From Dicyema japonicum (lineage: Eukaryota > Animalia > Dicyemida), in assembly GCA_011109175.1 (NCBI GenBank), contig RDEW01000014.1, positions 620,001 through 684,000 of the forward strand: a stretch of DNA of 64,000 nucleotides. The letters run 5' to 3'. Below the pieces are notes generated by a model that was given only the letters and a program-made list of their open reading frames with translations, made no database searches and was not told the origin of the DNA. A program made the translations under genes and the position numbers. Of the stretch, positions 40,093 through 52,757 are shown piece by piece (the first letter of the stretch is position 1; each line of letters opens with the position of its first letter).

Positions 40093-43000
40093 ATGAAGGA
40101 CGATTCAAACGAAGTCCACCAAACATATGTAAGTAAAATTGGATCCGAAATAGCCTGTATTGACGAAATTACCTTATTTGGAAATCTGCAGGTTTGATTT
40201 GAATTAAATTAGATTTTAAATCTTCACTGTAATAAAATTACGAAAATCAGCGGCCTCGACAAAACTCCTTTTCTAAAAAGCCTTGATTTATCAGGAAACC
40301 AAATCCGCCAAATTTCTGGACTTGATCACCTCAATCATCTCCGCCACCTGAATTTGGCCTGCAACCTTATCAGTCAGATTGAAGGTCTTTCAAACCAGAG
40401 GTTGAGAATGAATCCTAAATCGAATAGATCTTTGAAAGTTCTCAACCTTTCATACAACGACATTTACAACATTGACGGACTATCTGTCTTTTCTGGAGAG
40501 AAATATTCTCTTGAGTGTCTTCTATTACATGGTAACCAAATTTCGGGGATCGACCGCTTTGTATCGATGGTCGGAAAAATAGAGAACTTGAAGAAACTGA
40601 CTTTATCTTACGACGGGGTCTCAAATCCGATTTGTTTGGAGAAAGGTTTAGATTGTTTACAATCCAGAATATCAAGAAAAGCTGCTTAGATTAAAGCACG
40701 TGGAAGAAATTGACGGGAGATCTAGAAAAGGAAATCAAATGCAACCACACAATGAATACATTGATGCACTGTTTCCCTCAGACGAGACAAATGTAATTTA
40801 CATGGAAATTGCAGGACGAGACAATGTCCTCAATTTCTGTTTTCTCGGATCCACTTTCCAACGACTACCATGGATTACTTTCTGTCGAACCTTGCAGAGA
40901 TACCCAAGTAGGCCAAGTAAAAGTTTGCAATGTCAAATTAGTTCACTGGACGAGGGAAGTGGACTAAAAGAGAGTCTAACGTCGACAAATCCCCGTTTTT
41001 TGATAAACAGAATTTTGAGGAAGAGCATCCAATCCCGATGAAGTTGGAAAATGTTGATACAGCGATTCAAACTGATCCACACGAAGAGGTCGATTCCAGA
41101 AAACTGGAAATGATTGAAACTGATGATCTAGGTGCTGACGAGAAAAATCGGGACCTCATTTTTGGGTGTTACAAGGTTTTCTGTAAATTGACTGGCAAGG
41201 CTCTTACGAGCGATCTGGAAAGGGAACGTGACCGACGACGTGAGGCGGAAAAATGTAACACTGAACTAGGAAACGTTCTAAATTTGCTGAAAAGCAAAAG
41301 TATTGGTCCTTAAGACGTTAAAGTGGCCAAGATCTCCAAACAGCTCTCCAAGCAATCTTCTGCAAATTCAGAATTAAGGAAAATTGCAGACCTCCACGTG
41401 GAAAAGTACAGCGAAGCAAATAAGAACTACCAGCGGGAGAAAGTAAAAAATCTCATTTCAAATAGGTCCTAGTCAGTCAAAAGGATGCTAAGATAGAAGG
41501 CCTTCTATCAAGCCTCGCTCAGTATAAAGAATCCACGACTTCCCTCGAGCACACGCTGATCCTTAAAGAGGCTGAAATAGCTCGCGAGACAGCCAATCAC
41601 GTAGAACTTTGGAATTAGGTTTTAGTTGAAAGCAGAGAATGAGAAGAAAATTGAGGTCAAGGCCAGTCAACGAGAATTAGAACTGGTGACAGCCAGCAAT
41701 GAAAAACAGAAAAAGCAAATTATCGCTTTACAGGGAGTCATTGCTAACAGAGAACGCGACTTTCAGTTTTTTGAGTCAAAAGTGTAGGATTCAAAAAGAA
41801 GGACTATTTTCCGTCGACAGTGCCCAGTTTAAAAGAGCAATAGAGGATGAGATCAACTCTGCCAAGGCGGTGAATTCAAAGATTGTCCTTGAAAAAGACG
41901 AAAGGTTCTTGAATTTGTTTTAAAGTCCAGGATAAAAGAGCTGGTCCGTTTCATCGAAAAACAGAAGGAAGAATACTGTCTCAGTTTGGAGAAGGAATCC
42001 AAACAGCTAAAGACAGTACCTTACAAAATTATTTTAGCTGCAAAAAGCCTTCGAATCAAAATGCTACGAAAACTCAGAAATGGAGAAGACATTGAAGGAA
42101 CTCACTAATAAACAGGAAGACTCAGTGTCGATCATTTCCGAACTTTCGAACGTTGATATAAGTTTTTGACCTTTCAGGTGGTCAAGGAACAACAAAAACG
42201 GCACATCGATTCGACCAACCGAGCCCATAAACTAAGCGAAGACATGAAGGTTGATTTTTGGCGAAAATTTAGAGAATTGGCGAAGATTATGAAAACATTA
42301 AACATAAACTTCAACAGCAAAGCTGGCAAAATGAAAATTTAAAAAAGGTGAGCTAAAATGAGACCATTCAGAGCAAACTGGTTGTTGATAAGAAGTTGGA
42401 CGCATTAGAGGCCGTCATCGAGGGATTAAGGGTAGAGAAGGGCTTGTGGAGCAAGGAGCTAGCGAATCAAGGTTAAAATTGAAATTACCAATTTAGGAGC
42501 AATGCTATCCCAAAACAGGGGACGGATAGAATTGAAGCTAGAGATGCTTGAGAAGGAGCTCAAAGGTCACAAAGAACGTGAAGAAGTTGACATAAGTGAG
42601 GTCAATGTAGAAATATGAGGACACAATAAAAATAAAAAGCAAAATGTTGGAGGACCAGACTGAGACTATTCGGAAACTTAAAGAGGGGACATCCGAAAGA
42701 GATCAGGAAGTTAAAAATTTGAAAACCCGACTTGTCTCAGCTAATCAGGACTTGGAAAATATTTCTGGTGAGCTAGAATCTTGCAAAGTAATCATTGCAA
42801 ACATTTGAGGTGGATTTAGAGAAACTCGTGGATCGAAAAGAAGAGCTAAAGTTTGAAAACCAAGAATTGCAATTGGAACTGAAGGAATTGGAAGAATCCT
42901 ACAAGTTGGCTCGAAAACTAAATTTAGTGAGATCAGCGAAAAGTGGAGTCAGACAGTCGTAAAAATCGAAGAGTTAGAAAAGCACTTTTGCGAGGCTCAG

Positions 43001-43347
43001 AACTCGTGGAAAGAAAAGGAATCCAAACTGAAAAACGAACGTGACCGAGCAGTCTCGGCTGCAGAGTTTTTATTGACAAAAATTAAGATTAACGATTAAG
43101 AAATTGCAGGAAATGGAAAAATCCTGCGACGAACAGTCTGTGCTGCAGAAACACCAATTTGAAAGGCTCACATTGGAGATTGAAGAAAACAAAAAACAGG
43201 AAATTGAAAAAATAAAACAAAAAGTAGTTTAAACGCAATTTTTAGAATTCCATAATATATAACGACATTGTTAAGCTATTGGAGACATATAACCTAACGA
43301 GAGATAACTTGCAAATGAAATTGCAACAATTTAATTCATTTTTGTGA
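40093..43347 (+). CDS. LRRCC1: Leucine-rich repeat and coiled-coil domain protein 1 (centriolar), about 21 tiny introns
   Basis: LNLHCNKI, LDLSGNQI, LNLACNLI, LNLSYNDI, NPIC; LWSKELANQGAMLSQNRGRIE; IKIKSKMLEDQTETIRKLKE; frame is continuous once GT-AG introns are removed. Confidence 0.9.
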
Positions 43348-43645
43348 AATAAAGCTGTTTTCAATATTTTATTTGCTAATTTAATTGTGACGTTTCTTGT
43401 ACTCTCTGAAAAATTTGGCCCATGGTTCTTGAAAGAACTGAAGAATATGTTGCCACTCCTTCGTATTGAGTACTTCGACAGAGGAGTGACAAGAATAGGA
43501 TCTGCTCGAATCTGCAAAGATGGAGAGTCTTCTCATGTAAAGAGGACTACACCCCTCTATGCCTTATTTATATAAAAACAGGCCTTATAACTTAAAAATT
43601 CGCAAATTTATAAACATTATTAAAAACAAATAAAAATGTATAAAC

Positions 43646-46600
43646 TCACTTAGCACTCATTTTCTTTCCTTTAACATACTTAAGGGTTTTGAAAAAGTCT
43701 TTTTTAAGCTTTTTCATTTTCTGAGTGTGTTTAATCTCGTTTGTCTTGTTCTCCTGTTCAATCTTTTTATGATATGCAGCCAATTTTATCTGTTTAGCCT
43801 CAAATTTTTCCTTGTATAATGCTTTAAGCATATCTATAGCATTTGCCGCCTAACATATCATCTCAAATGAAAACCTTCTTTTCCTTTTCGTCCAAAACCA
43901 CCGCAACACGTCCACTCTGTACAGGATCCTTCGGTTTACGGATGATTTTTGGCTTGTCGTCAAATGGAAGCTGAGCCTGCAACTTTTTGGGAATTTTCAA
44001 GGGAGGGAAATATTTTTCCTTTCTCTCAATGGGCTAATGGTCAAAACCCAGTGTTTACCTTATAAACAGAGTCATCTGTATACTTCCGTTCAGTATCTCC
44101 AGCCAAAATTCGTAGTTCACCGACAGTCCTCATTCCTTCCACTTACTACGTTCTTCGGGGATAAAAGATTAGATCTCACTGAGTTGAAAAATTGAGGCAA
44201 AGTCAAAGAATGCCAAGTCCTCATAAAAACAATATCTAAAAATAACTTCATTAGCAACCAGATTGAAGGATTTTGTCCTCGAAAGTAGCTCGAAAAGCCC
44301 CTTCAGGTGACTTTACAGCCTTCTTGACAATTCCGCGAATTCCACTGACAGTCCGAATTGAAGCTCCCTCAAACTTGGCAACCTCGAGCTCTGAATGAAA
44401 CATATCCTTAATAAATGCTGTTTTCTGATATATTTGGAAAGGATAGCCAATTAGCTTCAGTTTCTTAACAATCTGATAGGATTTGTCACAATTTATGACA
44501 GTCCCAGTGGCTGCGATTCGAAAACCAATCAAAAAATAAGTAAATTCATAATACTCGTTCATTAGGCTCCAAAGTCTGCACGCCGATGACTCCAGTTCCG
44601 TGGGTTGTCACAGGACCTTCAGATTACTTTAATTAACAACCATATATAGTAGCTATGCAGTGAAGGTTCTTTGGGGTATACTTGATTGACCTTAACCTCA
44701 TGTTGTGATCTTGTATGGCGAAGACTGGCTGGGATTGGAATCTCCGCCATCCGATGGAGAAAATTAAAGGATCCATGGTTTTTAAAATTTTGTTATACCA
44801 TCTGTGGCATTTCAACCGAATCTACCATTATTTTTGGAGAAACCTGCAGATATGACATTTGCTCTTCAATTGGGAGAACCACTCCCATCAAAACGGGGTA
44901 GGTGGGGTCGAAATACTTGACAAATTCACAAGGAATGTTGTCAACCTCAATTCTTACGTAAAATCCAGGCCTGAAGCCCTCGTACAAAACTCTCTCGTCA
45001 TTATCCATTTTTTCAAAGGCATCGCGGTTTAACTAAGTAAGAGGTAACAACCTTACAGTGGCCTGTCTTTCAACGTCTTCCTTGAGTGACTGTAAGTATT
45101 TGTCGTTGTCAGTGACTCTGTTAGACTTGCTTGTGAACACTTTCCGAATCCGTTCATCACGATCGGCCTTACTTTCACCTTTCATTGGGTCGTTGATTCC
45201 TGATTCTTCTCCCAATTCAGTCTTAACTTCTCCAGAATCATTATTTTCTTCCAAATCCTCAAAATCCCCATATAAGGTGTCGTCAGCTTCTATCATTCTC
45301 TTAGCGTCCTCAGCAATTCCCCACTTTCCCGTCACAAAACAGTTTGCAAGGGGTTCATCTGGGAGCTGCTCCCAATTGTCTTCACGTTCATTCAAAAATG
45401 AGGAATTTCTTACAGAACAGAAGTCTTCCCCAGTATCAACAGTCTTCTTCAGAAAATCATCATCCATGCCATCTACAATGAAACCATAAGACTTAACCAA
45501 ACGGTTTGTCTTCATAAACATAAAGATTCCAATTCACGTGTTCTTTCTGCCACGAAACTACTCCATTAATGGTGTTCATCTTCCAGGAATCCAACTTGTT
45601 AGTTAAATCTAGTGGCCTTTCCACGGAATCAACATTCCCATCAAATTCAGAGTTTTCATAATCGCTGACTGTCTCGTCAGAGTCTTCAGTGGCATAGTCG
45701 TCAAGGGAAACTCCACTAATGAACTCGTTCCGCGACTCATTCATATCCAAATCGAACTTTGAGTTCGCATTAGTCAAACATGAAATCAAAGGATCCGTGT
45801 TTTCTTTCCCAGAGTTCACATTTTCGAAGTAAATGGCATCAGAGTCGTACAAGAGACCCCCCAATCCGGCCATGGGGGCATAAATCGTGCGTTCTGAATT
45901 CATCAAAACCCTTCCTTTAGCACTTCCAGGTAACGGACAAGGATCTTTGAGCAATTTAACTGAAGACAAGACAAAATCCCCACAACCAGCGATGTGAATC
46001 GAGGATCCATCTCTCAATGATTCCCTCCGCCGCGGACATATCCAAAAAACGCGACTTTGCGGTCACAACGCCCATCGGACTGGCTGATAATCTGAGGATC
46101 TGTGATGTCCTCAATTCGGTCAGATACAATGTAGGAATGACTCAAGTGGAAATCCATAGGTCTGAAACTCATCACCGATAGAGCACGTGCCATCTTCTGA
46201 ATTTCAGTCCGACTGTAGTGGAAGTTTATGAACCTTGTCAAGTAGAACATTTTCGCCCCCTAAACTTAACGTTTTAACTGAACCTGGTGAACTTCAGTCC
46301 AAAATCGATGTTTTAACAGTTTCTTCCGTTTTCTGAGCCTTTTGCAATCAGGGAAGGAGTCAAGATGAGTCAAAACCCCTACTATTCTAGGCATTCCAAA
46401 GTTCTGGCAAATGTTCATAAACTCGAAGGTCTCCATTTCAAACCCAAACGAGGCATCGATGAGGAGTAGGACAATATCTGCAATCTTGGCAACGTCAATG
46501 AGGGAGTTCAGGTCGTTGTTTGCCTCAATCAAGGTCACACGCCTTGTCTTGTTGACTACAAATGTGATCGGGCCCACTGGCTGGTTGCAGTTCTGGTGAG

Positions 46601-46911
46601 TGTAATAGCGGATTAGAGCTTTCATTAATGTTGTTTTCCCGACTTTTGGGGGTCCAACGACTGCAATGACCGTTGGTGGGAGATTATCTGGGTTCGATCG
46701 ATCAGGGAGAGGAAGTCTGTGTTGTTTTTACTTTCAAATCAAGGGCTCGATGTACCATACGTTGGGTTTTCTGCACTGATCTGATAGCAAAGGCCTTTGG
46801 ATTTCCTTTATGTGGACCTTTGGACTGAGCACCTTCTCTTTTGGCTTTTTTCTTTTTGGCTTTTGGTCCAGATTTCCTTTTATAGTGTTTTTTATTTGAT
46901 TCGTTTTCCAT
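43646..46911 (-). CDS. BMS1: Ribosome biogenesis GTPase BMS1, about 9 tiny introns and at least 3 apparent 1-nt indels
   Basis: [81 protein letters not shown]. Confidence 0.96.
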
Positions 46912-47085
46912 TCAAACAAAATCACAGAGAATCACGTTTTGTTTCAAATTTAATAATATATTTTTATTATAGATTTAAAAACTGTTATTTTATATTAGGA
47001 AATTTTAAAAATTATATGTGGTAATTTTTATTTATTTATTTAAATATGTGTGGCTATGGGGTTTTAATAACATAATTAAGTTTTA

Positions 47086-47570
47086 GCATAACGTTATGTG
47101 GTTCACCAACGTTGTAAGTTTAGGTAACGCCCACAGGGCTCCTAATTTTTCTCAAGATTTTTCTCGCTCTCCGACGACACGCCCTCAGCAAGGCTTCAGC
47201 TTCACGGAAGATTTCAACAACCATGCGAAAGAGCAGACCGACTACTGTACTTCAATTAAACGTTTATCGTTAATAGAATAAGAGTACATATTGGAACTAC
47301 GCTCTCTGTGTTATCTAAACATAACATTGATATTACGCTTATCCAAAAGATCAAACTCACTAAAATGTCCTCCCTTACATTCCCTGGATATAATTTTATA
47401 AGGACCGACCGAACTAGGAAACGGGTGGTGGCTCCTAACTATATACTGAGAGCACCTAAAATGCTTGGACATCTCTTAGTAAGTGAGAACCTCTTTGTGA
47501 CGACAATGTTACAGAAATTATTAGAACGCTATTTGCAACTTCAAAAAGAAAATATTTCACAATTAACATG
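47086..47570 (+). mobile_element. Decayed Vingi/Ingi-like 5' fragment
   Basis: Family 5' motif cgttatgtggttcacc; HNIDITLIQKIKL..FPGYNFIRTDR. Confidence 0.6.
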
Positions 47571-47838
47571 ATAATCTATAAAGACTACTCAACATTATCT
47601 CTGAAATAATGCAGATAAGACTAATTGGCTTATAATTTTCTACATTTGAATTTGATCAAACTTTCCTTTTATTCAGGATCGTATGAATAACTATTCTCTT
47701 AAAAAGTAGAGAGAATATTTCCTAACCATCACGAAGAATTGAACAGAAACAGCAATTAATTATTGGCAAGCCTGCTTTTTGAAAACCATTGCTGGCTTAA
47801 AGTCCCAACCAGGAATTTTGTTTCTACATCCTCTAATT

Positions 47839-49110
47839 CAGGGGTTTTCAACCTTTTTTTACTCGTCGACCCCTTCGTCGACCCCTTGACCCCCCCTAAT
47901 ATTTAATAGACCCCTTAAAACTTTTTTATTTAGAACAGACAATTCTAAGTAAAATTAGTTTACCCGATGTTAAGTTGGTATCTTAGCATAAATCTATAAT
48001 AAAAAAGGAATTAAATACCAATGGAATCCCTGTGACTGATGTTTTTGACCAAAGATTCGATATCTGGCTCTATTTGTGTTATTTTTAAACGAATATCTCC
48101 TTTAATGGACACATCCAATCTGTTTCGTACTTTAATTACAATTCGGTGTAGAATGCTAAATCCGCATTCAACACAGTATGATGTTGGAAAATAGAGTAGC
48201 AATTGTGCTATTTATGTCCACAATTTTGGATAACTCTCTTTCACTTTCATATTTTGCCAAAAAGTAGCAGGTGATTGTGAATCATTCTAAAATAGTTTTA
48301 ATTCTGGATCGAATTTTAACATAATTAATTCCTCTTGAATATTTTTTTTGTTCTTCTGGCTTTGACAAAAAGGGATTAATCATCCAAGATGGAATTTCCA
48401 ATTCAAGAATATCTTGGAATCGAAGAATCAAATTTTTTAATAAATGTTGCAAAAAATTTTAATATCTTCATTAAATGTTTGACCAATTGAGTGGAATTCG
48501 GGAATGTTATAATAATTTCTTTTTTCCAAGTTAAATTTATATAACTTAATTTTTTCGATAAATATTTGAATAATTCTTTTACAATCTATTAACGTCACAT
48601 ACTTTCCCTGAAATTCTAATAAAACTTCATTAAATTTTCCAAAAATCCAAGTCAAATGAACAATTTCTATCTTTTTCGATACAATTAAATCTGCTAAATT
48701 ACCATTCACCCTCAGAAGTAAGAAAATTTACGATTGTGTCAAATAATATTAAAAATCGTTCTAATGCATTTCCCTTTGATAACCATCGTACCTACAAAAT
48801 AAAATTGGAAGCTATAACCTCAGTGTGAAGCACAAGACGGACATATGTTTCTTTAGCCTCATAGCAAAATTTTCTAAAAAGACGATCATACTTGCTGTTT
48901 GCTTTAATTTTGTTTATGTTTTTAATAACTATATTTAACGTTTCATGTAGAATTGACGAAAGAGCTTTTGAAACCAAATGTTGTCTATGTAGAACACAAT
49001 GTATATAAATCACATTTGGACATATTTCTTTTTTCAAATATTCCGCAAATCCTTTATATTTTCCAACCATAGACATTGCACCATCTGTGGCACAAGAAAC
49101 CAAATTTTCA
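47839..49110 (-). mobile_element. hAT (Charlie/Buster-type) transposon 3' half with decayed transposase containing a 27-nt intron
   Basis: End caggggttttcaacc; CATDGAMSMVG, HCVLHRQHL, LHTE|VRWLSKG, FPTSYCVECGFS, RNRLD..GDIRL. Confidence 0.88.
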
Positions 49111-49199
49111 TATGAATCAATTAGAGTCTAATTGATAGTTTTATTTCTTCCAGAAGAATTATTTCAGATTAAGACCCTTCTCTAGACGAAACTATTTTT

Positions 49200-49314
49200 C
49201 TGAGAGCATTCCTTGGTTCTCCCTCTACGATTATTTATAATAATTTTTTCTCTAGTAAAATTATGTGTGTGCTCTGCCTGAGCGTAGCTACAGCTAATAT
49301 GGCTCTGCGTAAAA
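49200..49314 (+). mobile_element. SINE family A 3' fragment
   Basis: cattccttggttct...gctaatatggctctgcgtaaaa. Confidence 0.7.
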
Positions 49315-49879
49315 GTCCAGTTTGAATTTCGGTGAATAATGGATGATTGATTCACCTCTTGAATCTAAGCAAGTTGTCCTGGTAACGCTTCTAGCACTTC
49401 TTTATGGATTACTGTACCATCATGAGATTTGAGAATTATCTCATATCCTTTTTTATCGGAACAACACATTTTTTAAAAAGAGTTTCCAAAAATTTGGATT
49501 ATTTCAAGAGAGTTTAAAGCATGGTCTCTTCTTTTTCATCTTTTTTTCTTATCAACTTCGAGCATTCTTTTCTAAATGAACTTAATTTTTTCTTTCAAAA
49601 AACTTAAATCCTGAAAATCTCAGCATCGTTTCAATTTGTTTCGGTTAGTTAAATAAATTAATCAAGGAAGCTTGAATCGTCAGCCTGTTTCCGCGCTGAC
49701 AATAGCTATCAAAATACGTTCTCGAAGCCATCCAGTCTCATGTAGATCCTTGGTGACCCTTTGGATCATTGAGTCAATCCAACATACTAGATCAGGGATC
49801 AAATCGATAATTTATAAGGTGACTAGTGGCCTCAACTTAATAAGTTGCTGAGGTCATCTGTTAATTAATTTCGGTATTT

Positions 49880-50640
49880 CGTTTTGATATTCATCATTTT
49901 AGAGAAGGTAGACTCACTGCGCATAAACATTACAAAAACGGACTCTACACGAATCGAACAAGCCAAATCAAGAAATGACGAACTCTGGAAACATACAAAA
50001 AAAACTCGGCTCACTACTAGGTGACGCCGGGGATATTTGTCGATGGAAAATGCTGGCCACAATATACTTCAAAAAAATGTACAACATCTGGATAAAAAAA
50101 AGGAATGTATCACTGAAACTTCGTGTCAGACTATACGACACGTTTATCAAGCCAATGCTGATATACAATTCCGGAACATGGGGAACCTCAAAAAACGATT
50201 TAGAGAGGCTAGATACTTTCACAGAAGCCAACTGCGCAAATTGACTGGAATCTTCTGGCCGAGAAAAATCTCAAACGAGAAACTACATGCTCTATGTAAA
50301 TCTACACCAATTAGCATCGACGTTATTCTATCGAGATGGCAACTATTCGGGCATATTCATAGACTGGACCCGACTACGCCGTGTAGCAGAATAATAGAAG
50401 AATATTTATACTCCGCGGGTAGTCACGGATTTCTCGGCAAACCAAGAAATACATTTCCAGTTTGCTTAAAAAGATGATTACGAAACAATTGGTCGTAAAT
50501 TGGTGACAGCAGACGACCTGAATGATGTTCGAATGAGGGCCAGAAACAAGATGGCGAGGAGGATGGTTGTAAAGCATGGCTCAAGCCAAACCCTTTTAGG
50601 GCTACACAAAGGAGCTTTTAACTAACTGACTAACTAGACT
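49880..50640 (+). mobile_element. RTE-clade LINE 3' fragment with (actaac)-type tail
   Basis: KKLGSLLGD, YNSGTW, FHRSQLR, RWQLFGHIHRLD. Confidence 0.85.
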
Positions 50641-51140
50641 CACATGTGCTTAAGCAAACATTGAAATATTTTCCATGGCATTTTTAAAAATTTTTTGTTT
50701 TTTAATTAAATAAAAAAATCTTTCAAGGGGAAGAAATTTATAAAATTTGATCATTGATAAATCGTTAAAATTTCTTTTAAATTAAATTTATTTAACCAGA
50801 AAACCACCGTCATAACCAGAATGAAAAATTCAGGTGATCCACGCTGACATAATTGCCTCTCACACTATCACTGGAGATCAACTGAAGAAGCTACTCGATT
50901 TCGTAGATGTCACAGCTTTTGAGTGTACACAGACGTCATAGATTCCTGAGAAAATACCAGCAATTTCACGCTCATAAAGACTTAAATATATGACTTTCGT
51001 CAAGACTTTCATTAAAAGCACGATTTGTAAGGAAATGTCCTCAATAAACCAGCTCTCTTCTTTTATATTTTTCCTCTTCAAATAGGCGTCAAAGCGTTCA
51101 GCAGGGTTAGCGATCTGCTTCCAATGAATCATGATGTTTA

Positions 51141-52083
51141 TACTATTTCAGGTTTAAAGTGGGTCTTGCCAAAAGCAAAGTGGGTATAACTAAAAGCAAA
51201 GTGGTCTTACAAAGAGCAAAGTGGGTCTTACCAAAAGCAAAGTGAGTATACCAAAAGCAAAGTGGGTTTTACCAAAAGCAAAGTGGTACAAAAAATAATT
51301 TTTGTTTTTTTTGAACCGTGTGCAAAAAATGCAAAAGTTTCGAGATTAATTGCAAAAGTGACGAAGCAAAATGCAAAAGTCATTGGAATATCAAGAAAAA
51401 AATTTATTACTTCATTATTGGAATATCAATCGGAGGAAATTCCGATATATTTATGGATGAAACAAATCTCAAGATGCACATATCCCATAAAAAGAATCGT
51501 TCAAAAAAAGGAACAAGGGCTAATGTCGTTGAAACAAGTTCGCGAAATGCCAATGTACATTTCATTGGTTGTATCGGGTCCTCGGATTGTTACACTATAA
51601 ATTCAAACGTGGATCTTTCAATAAAGAATCCGCCCATGAATGGGTGAGAATTTGTTTACGAAAAGCCAAGGAAGCTTTCAATTTCCCAGTAGTGCTAGTA
51701 GTAGACAATGCTCCAGTCAGAGATAATGAATTCATCGAAAATAAAATTTTAAGATTGGGTCCCTATAGCCCTATGCTCAACCCAATTGAGAATATTTGGT
51801 CAGTATTCAAATCTGATGTAAAAAAACACATCGCAACAGACATGAAAAATATTTTGTTGGTGTGAGACAAGAAGCTTTGTCAACTACGGAGTTTCGACTT
51901 CAAAAGTTAGAAGAAAGTACTACGGAGTTTCGACTCATTATGTATAATCACTCCATCTCTATGCAACACCGTAATTGCTCGAATTCAGAGGTTGGCCCCA
52001 TCGGTGTTGATGACATTGTTTATTAAATAATTTTATTGTTCCACTTTGCTTTTGGTAAGACCCACTTTAAACGTGAAATGGTA
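51141..52083 (+). mobile_element. Tc1/IS630-type DNA transposon, deleted and frameshifted
   Basis: About 43-bp TIRs tac.atttca.gtttaaagtgggtctt.ccaaaagcaaagtgg flanked by TA; FMDETN, VVDNAP, PYSPMLNPIENIWS. Confidence 0.9.
51156..51286. repeat. About 6 tandem 21-bp subterminal repeats in the left end of the Tc1-type element
   Basis: Unit aaagtgggtcttaccaaaagc, equal to the inner TIR. Confidence 0.9.
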
Positions 52084-52179
52084 TAGAAGCGACTGATCAA
52101 AAATGAACTATTCACCGATACTTTTTTATTTCTTTTTCTTAAGGGTCTCGGGCCTTTTGAGGTTAATCCTGAGTGAATT

Positions 52180-52365
52180 GCTGTCAGTGCAAAATTAGAG
52201 GGAGAAAAGACATCAACACAGGTGGCGTCCCAGATGAGATATCTACCGTTTTCTCATGGGAAACGAGTTGTCCCGTCAAGTCTTTTGTTGGCTGAGGCTA
52301 GTCCAAGAGGCTCCAATTGGACCGGGAATCCGGCAGCTTTCAGTCGCCATGCAATAACTCCGTTC
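52180..52365 (-). mobile_element. CRE-like endonuclease fragment; related remnants at 49680-49790 and 54770-55230
   Basis: LKAAGFPVQLEPLGL..KRLDGTTRFP..GRYLIWDATCVD. Confidence 0.8.
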
Positions 52366-52757
52366 GCTCAATTTATCATAATTTATGTGGTTTTTTAAAA
52401 ATGCTGTCATAATGTATCACCAAATATTTTGCAATAACATCCTTACGTCAAATAAAAAAGCCAAACTGATTTGCGTCATTTTTATTTATCAGGTCGATAA
52501 TTTAATATTTCAATAATTTAAAATTTTAAACCATTAAGATCCACAAATGAGGAACCACTGCTGGTGGTTAGGGATTATCATGATTTCCTTATCAAAATTA
52601 ACTGCGCTCTAAATTCACGAGTTTATAAATTAATTAATTTAATTTATTTTTTTATTAATTGTTATATAAAATTATAGTGTTTGAAAAAAAACAAAAAAAT
52701 TTCAAGTTTACTTTTATATAACAGTTAATATTGCGTTTTTACCAAATTATAATCAAT

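Noticed and set aside
50878-51132. 84-aa ORF as a host gene
   Set aside because: No recognisable motif or intron pattern; abuts a transposon end and is probably a TE remnant
51156-51286. CRISPR-like array
   Set aside because: Units are contiguous with no unique spacers, match the transposon TIR, and the context is eukaryotic
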